This document shows positions 11,801 through 24,440 of a stretch of DNA of 64,000 bases, one piece after another. Within the stretch, counting starts at the first letter, position 1. Every line of letters starts with the position of its first letter. The notes under the pieces were generated by a model, which was not told the origin of the DNA, made no database searches, and worked only from the letters and a program-made list of their open reading frames with translations. A program made the translations under genes and the position numbers. The stretch is from Leptogorgia sarmentosa (Eukaryota): assembly GCA_964658305.1 (NCBI GenBank), contig OZ210885.1, positions 22,134,001 to 22,198,000 of the forward strand. The letters run 5' to 3'.

Positions 11801-14349
11801 ACAGTGCATACAAGTTTACAAAATATCCATACAAAAGGTTATGTTATTTCATATTTTATTTTCTATTTTATTTTATTTTATCACCAAATATTATACTCCG
11901 CAGATGCTGACATGTGTGAACCCAAAAGTTATGATCAAGGTTGACGACAGTACAAATAAAGTAACTTGTGTGGCCATTGCTTTGAAGTGGCTTCTTGCGA
12001 TGATCAGTGATCATGGAAGCACCCCTCCACCCGATTATCAAATTAGGCAGGAGATCCGATCACTTGACATCGGTTTCACAAACAGTCGCAAGCAATTTTT
12101 CAACAAATATGCAAATGGAGACAAGATCAATAGGGGACCAGATGGGGTCGAAGTACAATCTAAGAATTGCGTCTTTGTAAAGCATTCAGCATTTGGGTCT
12201 GCAAGTTGGGATATCTTTAGCACAGGTATTGTCCTTAATTAAGTTATTTTGGGGCCATTCATTATCAATAACTATTTCATGAACTATGGTGGTTAACGAG
12301 TTCAAAGACTTCTTATCTCTCATTCAAATGGATGCTGTCACTTTTTTAATCCCATCATGTCTTACACTGATGAATAACAAGCACTTGTAAATATCTGTAT
12401 CATTTATTATATTGCAGCATTCAATTTAGACGTGAATGCACGAGATCCTGAAGATACTGAATCCGTGCAACTAGCCGCAGAACAAACCCAAACAGCGCGT
12501 CCAGCCGCAGCACCAATACCACGACAAGCCGTAGCATCGCCACGACCAGCTGCAGCACCAGTACCATGACAAGCTGTCGCATCACCAGTACCACGACAAG
12601 CTGTCGCATCACCACGACCAGCTGCAGCACCACCACGACAAACTGTCGCATCACCACGACCAGCTGCAGCACCACCACGACGAGCCGCAGCACCAGTACC
12701 AGCCGCAGCACCAGTACCAGCTGCAGCACCAGTACCACGACAAGCTGTCGTATCACCACGACCAGCTGCAGCACCACCACGACAAGCCGTAGCACCAGTA
12801 CCAGTCGTATTACCACCACGACCAGCTGCAGCATCACCACGACCAGCCGTACGACCAGTACCAGCCGTAGAACAACGATCAGCCGTAACACCAGTACCAG
12901 CCGTAGGTCTAGCACCACCACGATCAGCCGTGGCATCAGTACCAGCCATAGGCCTAGCACCACCACGATCAGCCGTGGCATCAGTACCAGCCGTAGGCCT
13001 AGCACCACCACGACTAACTGCAGCACCAGTACCAGTTGTTGTACCAGCACAACCAGTAGTCTCATGCCAGTTAAGTGCTGACTTAACACCGGGATTGAAT
13101 GATAGTGGTATTTCCTTAGATGGTAAGTAACTTATGATTGTTTGCTACTGGTACAGACATAATAAACATACTTGCAGGACGCACCAAGGCTGGAAGTTTG
13201 GCGGTGATATTTAGTTTTTATCCCATGCATTTCGCTAAAAAGTCCAAAGAATTTACGCATTTTAGTGAATAATTTCTTGTTCGGACAACGAACTAATATG
13301 CCAACAATAAAACTTACGTTCAAATCGAAGATAAAACTTTAACAATTCTCTGCAATATTCCCTGATTCTTGAAAAAAAAATGCACACAATCCGCGAAAAC
13401 ATTGCCAAGATTCATATAAACTGCCCGTCGAACCCAACTTGACCTCGCAAACATACGTCAGATAAATGGTTGAGTTGGTTGTACTGAGTAAGTTTATAAC
13501 ATTTTTATAACAGTTGAATTTGGCGATATAGAGGAAGACGACGTGTTTTCTACCATCAATGGTCGGAGAAGGAGAGGAGCACATGCACCGCAAGGCAACA
13601 AACCCGCAAAAAAAGTCAAACTATCAGGTAGTATAAAATTTCATCGTATATACCATTTACATACACATAATCTATATTGAACAAGTTGGATCGGCATGAT
13701 AATTTTTCCTAGCTGTTTTTTGGAATAATTGTGGATTATTAAATTATAGAAAGAAAAGAAGACTATAAATATTGCATATGTAAAAAGGTCAGTCTTGCCT
13801 AAAACGTCACTGTTATGTTTTATCACATATCATTAATTAATTTTTTTATTAACGAAAATAATAATTACCAATTATAGGCCAGATCAAAGCAGGAGGAGGA
13901 TTCAATGGTGATTTGCGAAAATAAAAGAAGGAAAGAAGGAAAAAAGGTAATAGTATATATATATTATATATGTGTGTGTTTAGATGTAATCATTTACAGT
14001 GTGAACACATACACCATCATATATATTTTGAATATATACTTTTATTTGATTTTGAACATTCCTATTTATATAATTTAGTGTCCAGGAAACAGATACTACC
14101 ATCTGGTCTGTTTGAAACTAAAAGAAGTGCCGAAAGAAAATGCTTGGTAAGTGATATACTCAAATTAATCCGCCATATGGATATTTTTTCATATTTTAAT
14201 ATTTAATAATTATGTTTTATTACGCTCGGTTGGCCCACATTCAAAATTTTTTTTTTACCTCTAAACCATTTCCTCCCCTATTATTCTCTTACTTATTCAG
14301 TTTGAAAATTGCATGATTTGGTTTTAGGTACTGTCCGTCATGCAAGTAG
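8803..14349 (+). pseudogene. Multi-exon gene: P-loop ATPase (SF3/DUF927-like helicase) + Pro/Ala-rich linker + C-terminal PHD-like finger
   Basis: Approximate exons 8803-8991, 9614-9770, 9951-10291, 10559-10925, 10999-11269, 11620-, 11903-12225, 12417-13123, 14079-14146, 14328-14349. Walker A GANGLGKT, Walker B VIDD, LLTVN and RILGRL. The end reads MVICEN..CPGNRYYHLVCL..WYCPSCK*. There is an in-frame TGA at ~12567. Confidence 0.65.
12500..13050 (+). repeat. Coding minisatellite (18-36 bp units) giving a Pro/Ala/Arg/Val-rich linker
   Basis: CCACGACCAGCTGCAGCA-type units in the exon frame PRPAAAPVP. Confidence 0.85.
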
Positions 14350-14888
14350 ACGTAAAGAAGGTGAAAACTGGTTGTCGTTACTCGTTATACAGACTGCTGA
14401 ATTAAGTTTAACAGTGTATTATATTTGATATTTTGATATTATAGCTATACAATATATATTATAATAAATCAATTCTAAGACAAAGTGTGTAATCAAACAG
14501 ATATACCGTATTAAATGATTTTTTTATATGTATACGTGTAACACCTCGTTTAACTGGCCCGCCAACATGATATCTCTGATGTTTAATTTAAGATTTTCAA
14601 CCTATCGCGGTATTAACGGTAACTGCGTGTGGTTATGCGTAGTTAGAACAGTGAAGAGCGCTATTTACCGACTTCTAGCTTGGTTCGTGTATTATTACTA
14701 GACAATTATGACACAAATTGCTGCATTCGTATAGTTTTGAATTCCGATTTGGTAAATATAGACTAAATAACACAGCAGGGGCGACGTTTAGATTATTTGA
14801 TATTTCTCACCATCATTTCCGACGTACAGACTTTTTTATTGTTTACAAGGATTTTTTTATAGTTTTTGTAAACTGCCGTGCAGACAAC

Positions 14889-17681
14889 ATGTCCAAATGT
14901 TCAAAACATTCTGCCGATTTTTCAATCGAAAGCTTGCGAGGAGAAGTCGATGAAGAAATTAACCAGCAGCAATTCAGCGCAAGCCTATTAACTCAGATTA
15001 GATCCATTGATCTGAGTTTAGCCGACTGCATTCCAAAAGAAATTCTTCTTTGCACTTTAATAATAAGATACGGTCTAACAGTGGTTTGCGCTATTGCTCA
15101 CGTCGTTTCGTCCCTAAGTGTGTTAGTTCTAAAATTGTTGCAACCGCAATTGACCAGAGATGATGCCGAAACTTTATTCAAATGCGCAAAAAGATTGGAC
15201 ATGAAGTATCTCACCTCTTCAAAAACTGATCAAGTGCACGTATTCGCACCTCCAGTGGGAACATGTTTCAATTGCGATTCAATTCTGGTTCGCTACAACG
15301 ATCCATTGAAAGTGAAATACCACCATCACTATGGAACAAGCAAAGGGTTCAAAGTCTCGTTGAAGTGCAATCGATGTAAGACATTTTATGGTTATTCGAA
15401 GTATGGAAATCCAGAATCAGGGTGGACTTTATATCCCGAGAGAAGACCAACGGTGGAAGCGACAGATGTCTGCTTTGTAGAAAGGTCTCTTTTAAAGTGG
15501 CAAATTTCTCTAGCGTAAGTAATCAAATTTAAACAAAAATATTATGAAGTTGAAGTCAAACATTACGGTCTAAATAAAGTATATCGTGCATTACTGTAGG
15601 TGTTACTATATTTATAAAACTTTTAAAAACTTAATTGCTATCAGCTGAACTTTAATTTCATGTTTCCTTCAAATTGTCACAGCAATCACAGTTGGGTGAG
15701 TTTCTCTGGTTTCTCGACAGCTTACAATGAAATATTTCATCAGCTTCATACAGACGATGAAGGTAGGACGTTTCTACTGAATGCACTTGTTGACTTCCTA
15801 TACCGACATATGAACGATTTCGCATCTGATCTTATATTTAAGTTTGGGTCACTTAAGCGAACTGGATTCTTGCATCCATCCATGCATTATTTAATATACA
15901 GTTCACTAAAGAAACTGTATCTGATAAAATCTAGGCTATGGAGAAAAACAATGTGCCGCTGCATTTTGGAATGGCGAACTTGAAGAGGAGCTAAGAGAGC
16001 TTGGACAGTTGAATTTTTTTGGATTGATGAAGAAAGACGAAGATAGAGAGAAAGTCATGGAAAAAATAGACAGTTGCAGAGCGAAATCTGTATACGAACA
16101 TTCACCTGCAGATTGCTCCGATGCTTGTAAGGCAAGAGGTATTATATAATATTTGTACAACGAAATAATTATTGTCTCATGTTAGTCATGTAGCGTATAA
16201 ATACGAACGCGAACGAAAGTACCGTATTACCAACATACTCATGGTTCAAGGCATGGATAATGAAACTACATCTATGCATAGGTTGTGGACGACTTTGGGT
16301 GGTAGATGGACAGTGGAAGCTTATGTTCGCTCACTGTATGATGCAAAGAAAGGTAAAAGTCTGGGTTTATTTACCAGCGTTGATGAGTTGTAATTATAAT
16401 TAGGTAACACAGGTTCACACCGACAAACTCAAAGGTAATTGCCATGTAATTTAGGGTTACATGCGTGATAAACTATTGCGGCATTTTGAGAACGAGAAAA
16501 TGCAACACTCCAAGTATTAAAATGACGCCTTTCTTCTTTCAACAGAACTACATCCGCGGGCTTCCGCTGCTCAATTATCCAAATGTTTGCACAAACTCCC
16601 CAGAACATGGCAAGGCATTTTGTACTGAGCATCTTCACTATCTCAATGAAAAACAACCAATCGTACCTACTGGCATACGCGAATTTTTACATTATTGTGG
16701 CGTTCAGTGTGTAAATTCAGGTATGACAAGACTTTTAGTCATTTATATTAAATTATGCAGTCTGGTCTTCTGCCACTTTTGAGACCTTATAGTTATGAAA
16801 ATATTTTCCATATGGGCCAGTTTTCAACAATATGCCTTCAGTATATAATATTAATTTCAGGCACAAAAGCAAGTGATACTGACACCGAAGTACTGCTCAA
16901 TAGCGATGTATCAAAAGTTTCTGATGTTCTTTCATCGTTAGTTGAAGCTGATGAATCTCCTTGTGGGACTAGTGCTGTGGACACTCAAGGTACGTCTAAC
17001 ATCTGAGGTCTACATGTTATGAAATGATAAATGAATGCTGATAATAAGATAATAATGTAGTTGTTAAAAACAGATCACTACCTTTTCCCCAGGAAATTCT
17101 GAATTAATTGCTAATCAACATGATGCTTTCTCAAATCTTCTCAATGACTGCACTGAGCCTCAACCAACAGTATGCAACAAAGATACTGGCCTAAAGCAAT
17201 GACTGCAGAAATGGTCCAGAGGCCATCTTTTTATAGTCAGAGGAGGAGGAATTATTGATAAATGGAGTCCCTTATTTAAGTAAGTTGTTTCAGGTAAAAT
17301 TGGATGCAATTGTTACCATAAGATGGCATGAAAGCCTCTCTAAATCCTCTTCCCTTTCCTTCTCCATGGCACAATTCCTGGATTTCAATCACCAAGATTA
17401 TTGATAGTCTTCATATTAACAACCACAAAGATGCATCATGCAGAGTAAAGTATGATCCGGCAATACTAAAAAGAGAGCTTCCTGATGGAAATACCATGGC
17501 AGCTGAGCAAACATTTGTTTGGTTATCGCGTTTTAAGAAAATTGTATGTGCAATGCCAAAAGTCCACCACTTGTTTTATCTACACCGTATGGTAAAATAT
17601 AGAAACCACTATACAACAGTGTGCTATAGAAATGGGAAAAAGCCTCTGTTACCAAAAGCACGAGGGAAAAAAGAAACTTAA
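14889..17681 (+). pseudogene. KDZ-family transposase with CxC5/CxC6-like Cys clusters, multi-exon, disrupted
   Basis: FAPPVGTCFNC...LKCNRCKTFYGY, VVDGQWKLMFAHC, CTNSPEHGKAFC..H, CNKDTG, IDSLHINNH, NTMAAEQTFVWL. There is an in-frame TGA at ~17199, and the exon expected to carry the second catalytic Asp seems deleted near 17290-17325. Confidence 0.8.
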
Positions 17682-18561
17682 TCACTTCATTCACTGTTTT
17701 GAAATATAAATAGTCAATACAGGCCTAAGTTGAATTACTTGGGCACCTACAAAAGTGCCAAATCGTTAATAGATTTATATTTGAGGGTTCAATTTATAGA
17801 TATATCTTATGGAAATTATTAGATTTGAGGGTTTTAAAGATATATTTTAGGGAAATTATTATATTTCAGGGTTTTATTCAATATACTTTTCTGTGATAAA
17901 AATATTTAACTTTGGAATGCAATTTCTCTTGCACTTTGATCCTAATATTTGTCAAAATTCGGCTTACATTTATACCTTTGATATGGTGAAACATGGCCAT
18001 TACAAGCCCAATTTTTTGTGTTACATGTGACAGAGGATAAACTACAATTTTAAATAGCGCCATGTCATCGTAACTTGACAAAACGAATTTTTTGAAATAT
18101 AGCTGCCATCTTGAAAACCTACCTCCCCGACTCTCTTTCCCCAAATATTCCAATCTAATATTCGAATCTCGGATGTAAGTGTCAGACGAATAAGCCTCAT
18201 GCTGAACAAATGAATAATGAATAAACAAGTACAGCTCGAAAAGAGGCCAAAAGTTTCATACATATATATCATAATTTCAATTTTCAATAAAGTAGCACCA
18301 AGTATCGCGATTTGTCCCTAGCACCAGTCCCTAGTCCCTTTTTGCTCTTCGCTCTCTCAGTGTGATGTTCTGATGTCGTGTGATATGCACAATAAAACAT
18401 CGAAAACCGGAAAAATATATCGTGCATCAGATGTTAATTTAATAACTTGAATACCCAATAAGTTCGAACAAATCCAACAAGAAGAAAACAAACATGTGTT
18501 CACCCTATACCCAATCGTGGGTTTTTTGTCCAGCCCTAAAGGCGGGTCTAGATCCTACACA

Positions 18562-19832
18562 CCGAGTACCGATGCATCAATCGTCCACACCGAGGAAAAT
18601 TTCCCATCCATAGCACACTCTCTGACTGCTGTCCAGTAGTCTGGAGACACCAACTTGACACCCGTGTTCTTGTGCTTTTTTTCGTACAGATCTTTGTTGA
18701 CTACCATTTCAATGCAAGTACGCACCCGAAGCTCTATTGATAGTGAGGTAACTCCAGAAATAGCGGTTGACAACGCATGAAAAAGGCAATTGCCATCTGC
18801 AGGAACAGCAGCTGGTAAGCGAGTTAAGGGTCCACCTGAATAAAAAATGCATTGTTCTACGGTTTCAAATTTATTATACCTCATAGCAACATTGTTCAAT
18901 CAAAAGCTTGCATTTCTACTACGTGCCCATATTAAATTTTTTTGGTGAACATGCACCATGCTATAGGAGTATAGCCGTATGTATTAGTATTTATATTTCC
19001 ATGCTGGCTACGTTTTTCTGGTTAGGTTATTCGCCTTTTGCTTCAAAACAAAATAATATAATAATAAACATTGATTTATAACCCCCCCCTAAAATATACT
19101 GTAATCAGTGTCAGTGAAACTCGTTTAACTTTCAGTTGTGGCCCGGAAAACACTGTGAAAATACCGATAAAAATAACTCTTGCTACGAGAACACAATTTT
19201 TGGCAAAACAAAAAACAGAAAGTCAAGTGAAATAGTTTTAAAACTAACACAACAATATAAAACAAACAGTTTGAAAAAAACACCAAATAATCTGGCCTAT
19301 AGGAAAAAGTGTACTCTAAAATGAACTGCTCGCGAAGACACCATTTTTTGAAAAAGTTATACCTTGTGCAGTCTCTATATATTATTTTTGGTCTGCCTAA
19401 TTTCCATGCCCATGTTCACAATGAAATATAAGAATAGATGATGAGACTTACCAACTCGCGTCAAAATCTCTTGCGCCGCGACATCAACCGTGTGCTTTCC
19501 AAACCAGATTTCCTCAGCTTTTACTTGCGCAAAAGGATTTGCTCCATTTTCACTGTCGTTTGTAACATTCCCAGATTTGATGCATTCTTTAAGCGTCGTA
19601 GAGCTCCGGCAAAGTCATAACTGCCACCGACATCATTGGCACAAGAAGAACACAGATAATCGTCTGGTAGCCGATTCAAGGTGCTTAAATCCTTCGCAGA
19701 AAGACGGTCGCATTTCGCATGGTGCCACACTCCGCAACCCTCACAAAACACCGAATCATTGTTGCACTGCAGATTGTATGTGCCACATGGCCATTTACGC
19801 CTGATAACATGAGCAGATTTTCTACCAGCCAT
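18562..19832 (-). pseudogene. 5' exons of the MULE-1 gene: PHD finger and N-half of the OTU domain
   Basis: WPCG..C..DSVFCEGCGVWHHAKC...YLCSSC. GT donor at ~19451 and AG acceptor at ~18838, then PADGNCLFHALS (OTU Cys box) and ELRVRTCIEM. Frameshift near 19520. Confidence 0.8.
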
Positions 19833-20119
19833 CTTATTTTTACTTTAGTTAAGAATAAAGTTAATGACCGGTTTGCAGTTTGATGTTGCTTCAAAGCCAA
19901 ACTTGTCAAATTGACGTATGTTTGTGAGGTTGTTTGTGTCTTATGATGCGCTTGGTGCGCGTGGGCACTACGTCATTAAGGCTTTAGAAAAAAAGACAAG
20001 CAACATTTTTGAAATTCTTAGCATTACAAAAACAAGAGGACATATTTTTCCCATTTTTCGGGTTGTATGCTTATACATATATTATCAACCTGTTGGTATA
20101 TATACATATATATTATATG

Positions 20120-20454
20120 GGCATTCTCGCTATAGGCAACGTGTTTTTACGAAACAGTGATTTCTATCAAACTTTATCTTATATAATGATATTTTTGGCT
20201 TATAAGTGGACATGATTTCACTCCCGGGCATTCATTTGCGACTCCCGGGCATTCTCGCTATAGGCAACATGTTTTTACCAAGAAAATACATATTTACTAT
20301 AACATTTTCTTACGAAACAGTGATTTCTATCAAACTTTATCTTATATAATGATATTTTTGGCTTATAAGTGGACATGATTTCACTCCGGGCATTCATTAC
20401 CGACTCCCGGGCATTCTCGCTATAGGCAATGTGTTTTTACCAAGAAAATACATA
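20120..20454. repeat. ~165-bp subterminal tandem repeat of MULE-1, resuming at 24815-24970
   Basis: GGGCATTCTCGCTATAGGCAA...CTATCAAACTTTATCTTATATAATGATATTTTTGGCTTATAAGTGGACATGATTTCACT occurs three times; the third copy is split by an insertion. Confidence 0.9.
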
Positions 20455-20761
20455 CACAGTAAATCAAAAAGGGCCAAATTGGCCCCAAAAAAGGGGCCAA
20501 AATTTGGACCCTGAGACGGCCCCTATTAAATGGGGCCATTTTGGCCCCAAATCAGGGCCAAAATAAACCCAAGCAGTAGGGCCAATTTGGCCCCATTTAA
20601 GTCGCATGTGGAATATGCGAGAAGGGCCAAATCAGCACATAGGGGCTATTTTGGCAATTTCGGCAATTTCGGAGCCGCTTTGGCCTACCCTTTAGAGCTG
20701 ATTTGGCTATGCTGTTAAATTACTATCAATATTATGTGAAATCCATATTCCACATGCGACA

Positions 20762-21032
20762 CTAATTTGTATCAGTATATTTGCTCGAAAAGCGAAATAA
20801 CACCCAGCCCGCTTAGGCGAGCCAGCCCGGGTAATTGCGTTTATATGGAAAGTTTCCAGCCCGCCTAGGCGGGATCCCGCTTTCGCAAAGCGAGATCTCG
20901 CCTAGGCGGGCCAGCCCGGTTGCCATATAAACGCAAGATGAACATTACTATAAATTATATTATGACATTACATCTCGCTTAAGCGAGCCAGCCCGGCTAC
21001 CCGGGCTAGCTCGCCTCCATATAAACACCCCC
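20762..21032. mobile_element. One-ended MITE fragment (PIF/Harbinger-like)
   Basis: Terminus ...CCTCCATATAAACACCCCC followed by TAA, with internal GCGAGCCAGCCCGG repeats. It truncates the DUF6589-like gene. Confidence 0.55.
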
Positions 21033-21035
21033 TAA

Positions 21036-24000
21036 TGCATTTATGCACAGAATGGTTAAAGTTGCAGCTAAAATCCTGGATTCAGGTTCCACTTCGAGAA
21101 ACTTTCTACATGCAGCATATCTTTTCTTGACTTCAGTAATTACATTGCGTCGATTAATTAGCACCTTGTCACTTCCTAGTGTGAACCTGTCCTTGCAACC
21201 AGTTTTGTAAAAATTATCCATACACAGCTAAGAAAAGATTTGAAAAAATAATAACACTACAACAGAATTACAACAAGAAAGACCTTGGAAAAAATTGAAA
21301 AAATGTATGCCAAGTACAAATTTCAATGACCAATAAATATATAATATTCTTTTATACCTGCATGAATTTCATTTCTGCATGAAAATCAGCAGTTTCAAAG
21401 TGCAGGTTTTCAAATCTCTGCTCAGGAGTGAAACCATTAGACAACTGAAACTGGGCATTCGTGCCCCTCTCCACTGACAACTGATCACCAACAACAATTT
21501 GTTCCTTGTAGACTCTTTCATGCTCGTCACCAGCAAAAGCCTGGTACTTTTGTAAGTGTTTCATCACATCAATGATTCCATCACTATCATTTTCATTCGC
21601 AGGTACAACATCAAGGAAGGTCTAAAATAGCAATTTAACTTATATAAATACTTGTGTCTTTTTAATACCACTTCTCAAAAGGTGTATTATCTAAACAACA
21701 TTGCTGTTTTGGAAAATGTAAGAAATGAAGGTAAGAAAAATTCACATCATTGCGGAGCACAACAATATTTAACATACCATGTGGCACTTCTTGGCCATTT
21801 CTCTAGAATGAGCATGTAAAATATGTTTTACCACGACACTTTGCAGGAACTGAAGACATTTAACATCAGCAGTTATAATTCTTTCGACTAATATTAGAAG
21901 GTTTTCGCGGTGCAAATCATATTCTTCTTTATCGCACAAAAAGATTGCATTGTCAACATCCTTTAATGATTGCTGTGGCACATCCATACTCAAAGCATCA
22001 TTGCTAACACGATTTGCGACAAATCCAATGGCACACTCATGGGTGTCAATATTTTGATTTTCCTCTGTCATATCATGAACTTCTATGTGAGTGTCAACAT
22101 TGTCAAAACATAACTGTAAATTAATATAATTAACATATAATTAACAATGTGGAAAAGAGTCGTTGCACTTATATGCATTAAGCAAGAATCCACTGAGTTG
22201 CAATGAGGTAGGCAGAGAATCGTATTTGCACACCAAAGCACTTTTGATTACCTTGAATCCTTTTGAAACAACTTCTTCTTCAATACAATCAGCTTCACTG
22301 GTGCTTGCATGTCTGTCTTTCTCAGGATATTTCTGAGCAACAGGAGTGGACTCTATATGTAAATTTAATTGAGAATTAATATAATTATTAGTCACATGAT
22401 TGAAATGAAACCAGAAAGCATTAAATTGACAAGTAACATGCATGAAACAGAATAAAATCTGTTATACTGCTGACTCTAACCAGTGCCATTGTAAATGGGT
22501 TATATTTTCTAAGAGTATCTATGGAATAAATAGTGAAATTGTATATATATTGTATTATACTGAGCTAGAAAGACCAGTTTCTGAGCATGACATCAAGTGT
22601 GTGTGGGTATATGGGGTTGAGTGGTGCTGAATGAAGGTATATGTAATAGAACAGGGTTAACTGAAATGCTTGCAATCAATTATGCACTTACGGTGACATT
22701 TTCTCAACACAGGAATAGAAAAATCGACATCGAGATCCAATAATGGTGCAGCTGCAATCAAAGCCAGACGCTTTTCGAAAATTGATGCTGTTGGTGTTTC
22801 TGGTACATCAGAATCATCCGATTGGTGTTGCCTAGATACTGGTTCAGAATCTTGCTGATGAATTTTCTTTTGCAGAATCTTTTTCTGCACATCTATCATT
22901 TGGCATACAGTTGCATCATGCCCTCGACCTAGCTCATCTAACTTCTTGTTGAAGTATGTGTGTGAAACGCTCAACCTCATTGCTTTCAGTCGTACCAATG
23001 TAGACTAAAGTGATATATTAAAAAAATATATTGGACATTTCTTTACAAGCAAAAATGCACAATTGAGAGGACTGGTTAGATACAGTTTCATGGAACAGTG
23101 CTCACAACTTGATGTTATAAAAAGTTGCTATTAGACCAACAATATGATCATTGGATAATCAATGTGGGTTACATTTCAAGTTGTGAGCACGGGCAAAGTT
23201 TTGGTCTAGAGCTACAGTACAGCATCATTGCACAATTTCAATTCTGTAATTGGCTATGTGATTCCTTAAAATTGTTAACTTGTTTGTATATCGGCAACAC
23301 TGTAATCTTCACAGATTCTACATTATATTCTTTAAAAAGGGATGTTATAGTGAGGATACACCTATAACTGCCAGGAATTAAGCAAATGTCAATAATAAAT
23401 CATGGAGCCAAGTACACAAATGGAAATGTGCAGAAATTTTGTTCGGTTTAAGTTAAAACTTGTTCTTACCGTATATGATGAATGGTTGATTATGAGGGAT
23501 ATTATTAGCTGAACAGCTGTCATTCTACTTGATCTGTTTTTAAGACAGACAGATGCTGCAGTAACAATAGAGACTGGTAGATGGACATCCTCGATCTTGT
23601 TGTGGTTTGTTGATGCAGCCTTTAAAATCCTCCAAAACAGGGGGCAACGCTCTTGCAATTCCTTGTTGGCATTCTCAAATTTAAAATCCATAAGATCATT
23701 CTTGCTTGTCTTTTTCAAAATACTACGGACATCTTTTTTGACAAATTTCTTAGCCCCACCAGAACCAGTAAGGTTTTGATCATTTGCCTTTCTTTTTTGT
23801 GATGACTGGAAAAGGTCACGTCTACTTTTCGGTTCAGTTTCACGATCAATACAACCCTCACTTTCACTAGCAGCTATTCTCTACATATTTCCTGGCACTC
23901 TTTATTAACCTCCTTTTCAACTAATTCCATGATTTCGCCTTTCATTAGAGGGTGCTTGAATGCAAATTTCGCCATATTTTTGTTTTGACTGCGGAGAAGG

Positions 24001-24440
24001 TATATGGCCATCTTAGTAAGGTCGGCTGGCACGAGTCTGCTGCGATCACCAGTTGGCCAACAGACATGAACGTAAGCGACTGTTTGATTTGAACCTTTGA
24101 TATCATTCGAGAACGACAAATTTGTCTGTATCTCCTTGCTCTCTGTTTCGACACATTTCATCAACAAATTGGATTTTTCGTTTTCAGTGTTTTCTGCCTT
24201 GTTGCCCAACCTTTCACACACATTTTTTATTTCGTTTTCGATTTTACGTGTTTTTGCCTTGCTTTGAACATAAGATTTCAATTTGTTTTTGCACGATCGG
24301 CATACGTATGGCGAAGTATTTGCAATAGTAAATGGAAGTTGAATTATAGCTTCAATTGGTCGAAATTGTCCGAGGCCATTGACGAGATTAAAATCAAGCT
24401 GGCTTTGTAGTTCTGTAGCACACAATCTACAGCATTTCAT
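21036..24440 (-). pseudogene. Multi-exon DUF6589-like gene with an N-terminal zf-AD-like C4 finger; 3' truncated
   Basis: MKCCRLC...VCRSC, RCPLFWRIL, RLKAMRLSVSH, FDNVDTHIEVHDM, and VVGDQLSVER...TPEQRFENL..ETADFH (GDQL/FH pattern). Confidence 0.7.

Larger units (their letters stand above)
7240..18433 (+). mobile_element. ~11 kb KDZ (Kyakuja-Dileera-Zisupton)-type DNA transposon with two co-oriented genes
   Basis: It sits between BEL/Pao gag and the 5' LTR fragment and contains a CxC5/KDZ-like transposase. The left-end decamer array has inverted counterparts at 18357-18385. Exact ends and TSD are not resolved. Confidence 0.65.
3455..18561 (-). mobile_element. BEL/Pao LTR retrotransposon, internally deleted and interrupted
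   Basis: The 3' LTR at ~3455-3777 is preceded (minus strand) by the PPT-like AGGGGCCGG. A near-identical 5' LTR fragment lies at ~18434-18561, with gag-pol between them. The TSD is not resolved. Confidence 0.85.

Noticed and set aside
12407..13089. Gly/Ala-rich, Val/Leu-rich and Thr/Ser-rich ORFs
   Set aside because: These are alternative frames of a stop-poor minisatellite; splice sites support the plus-strand Pro/Ala frame.
3450..18566. TSD for the large BEL/Pao
   Set aside because: The flanks (CGTCC vs CCGAG or CACCG) do not match under either LTR boundary, so no TSD is claimed.
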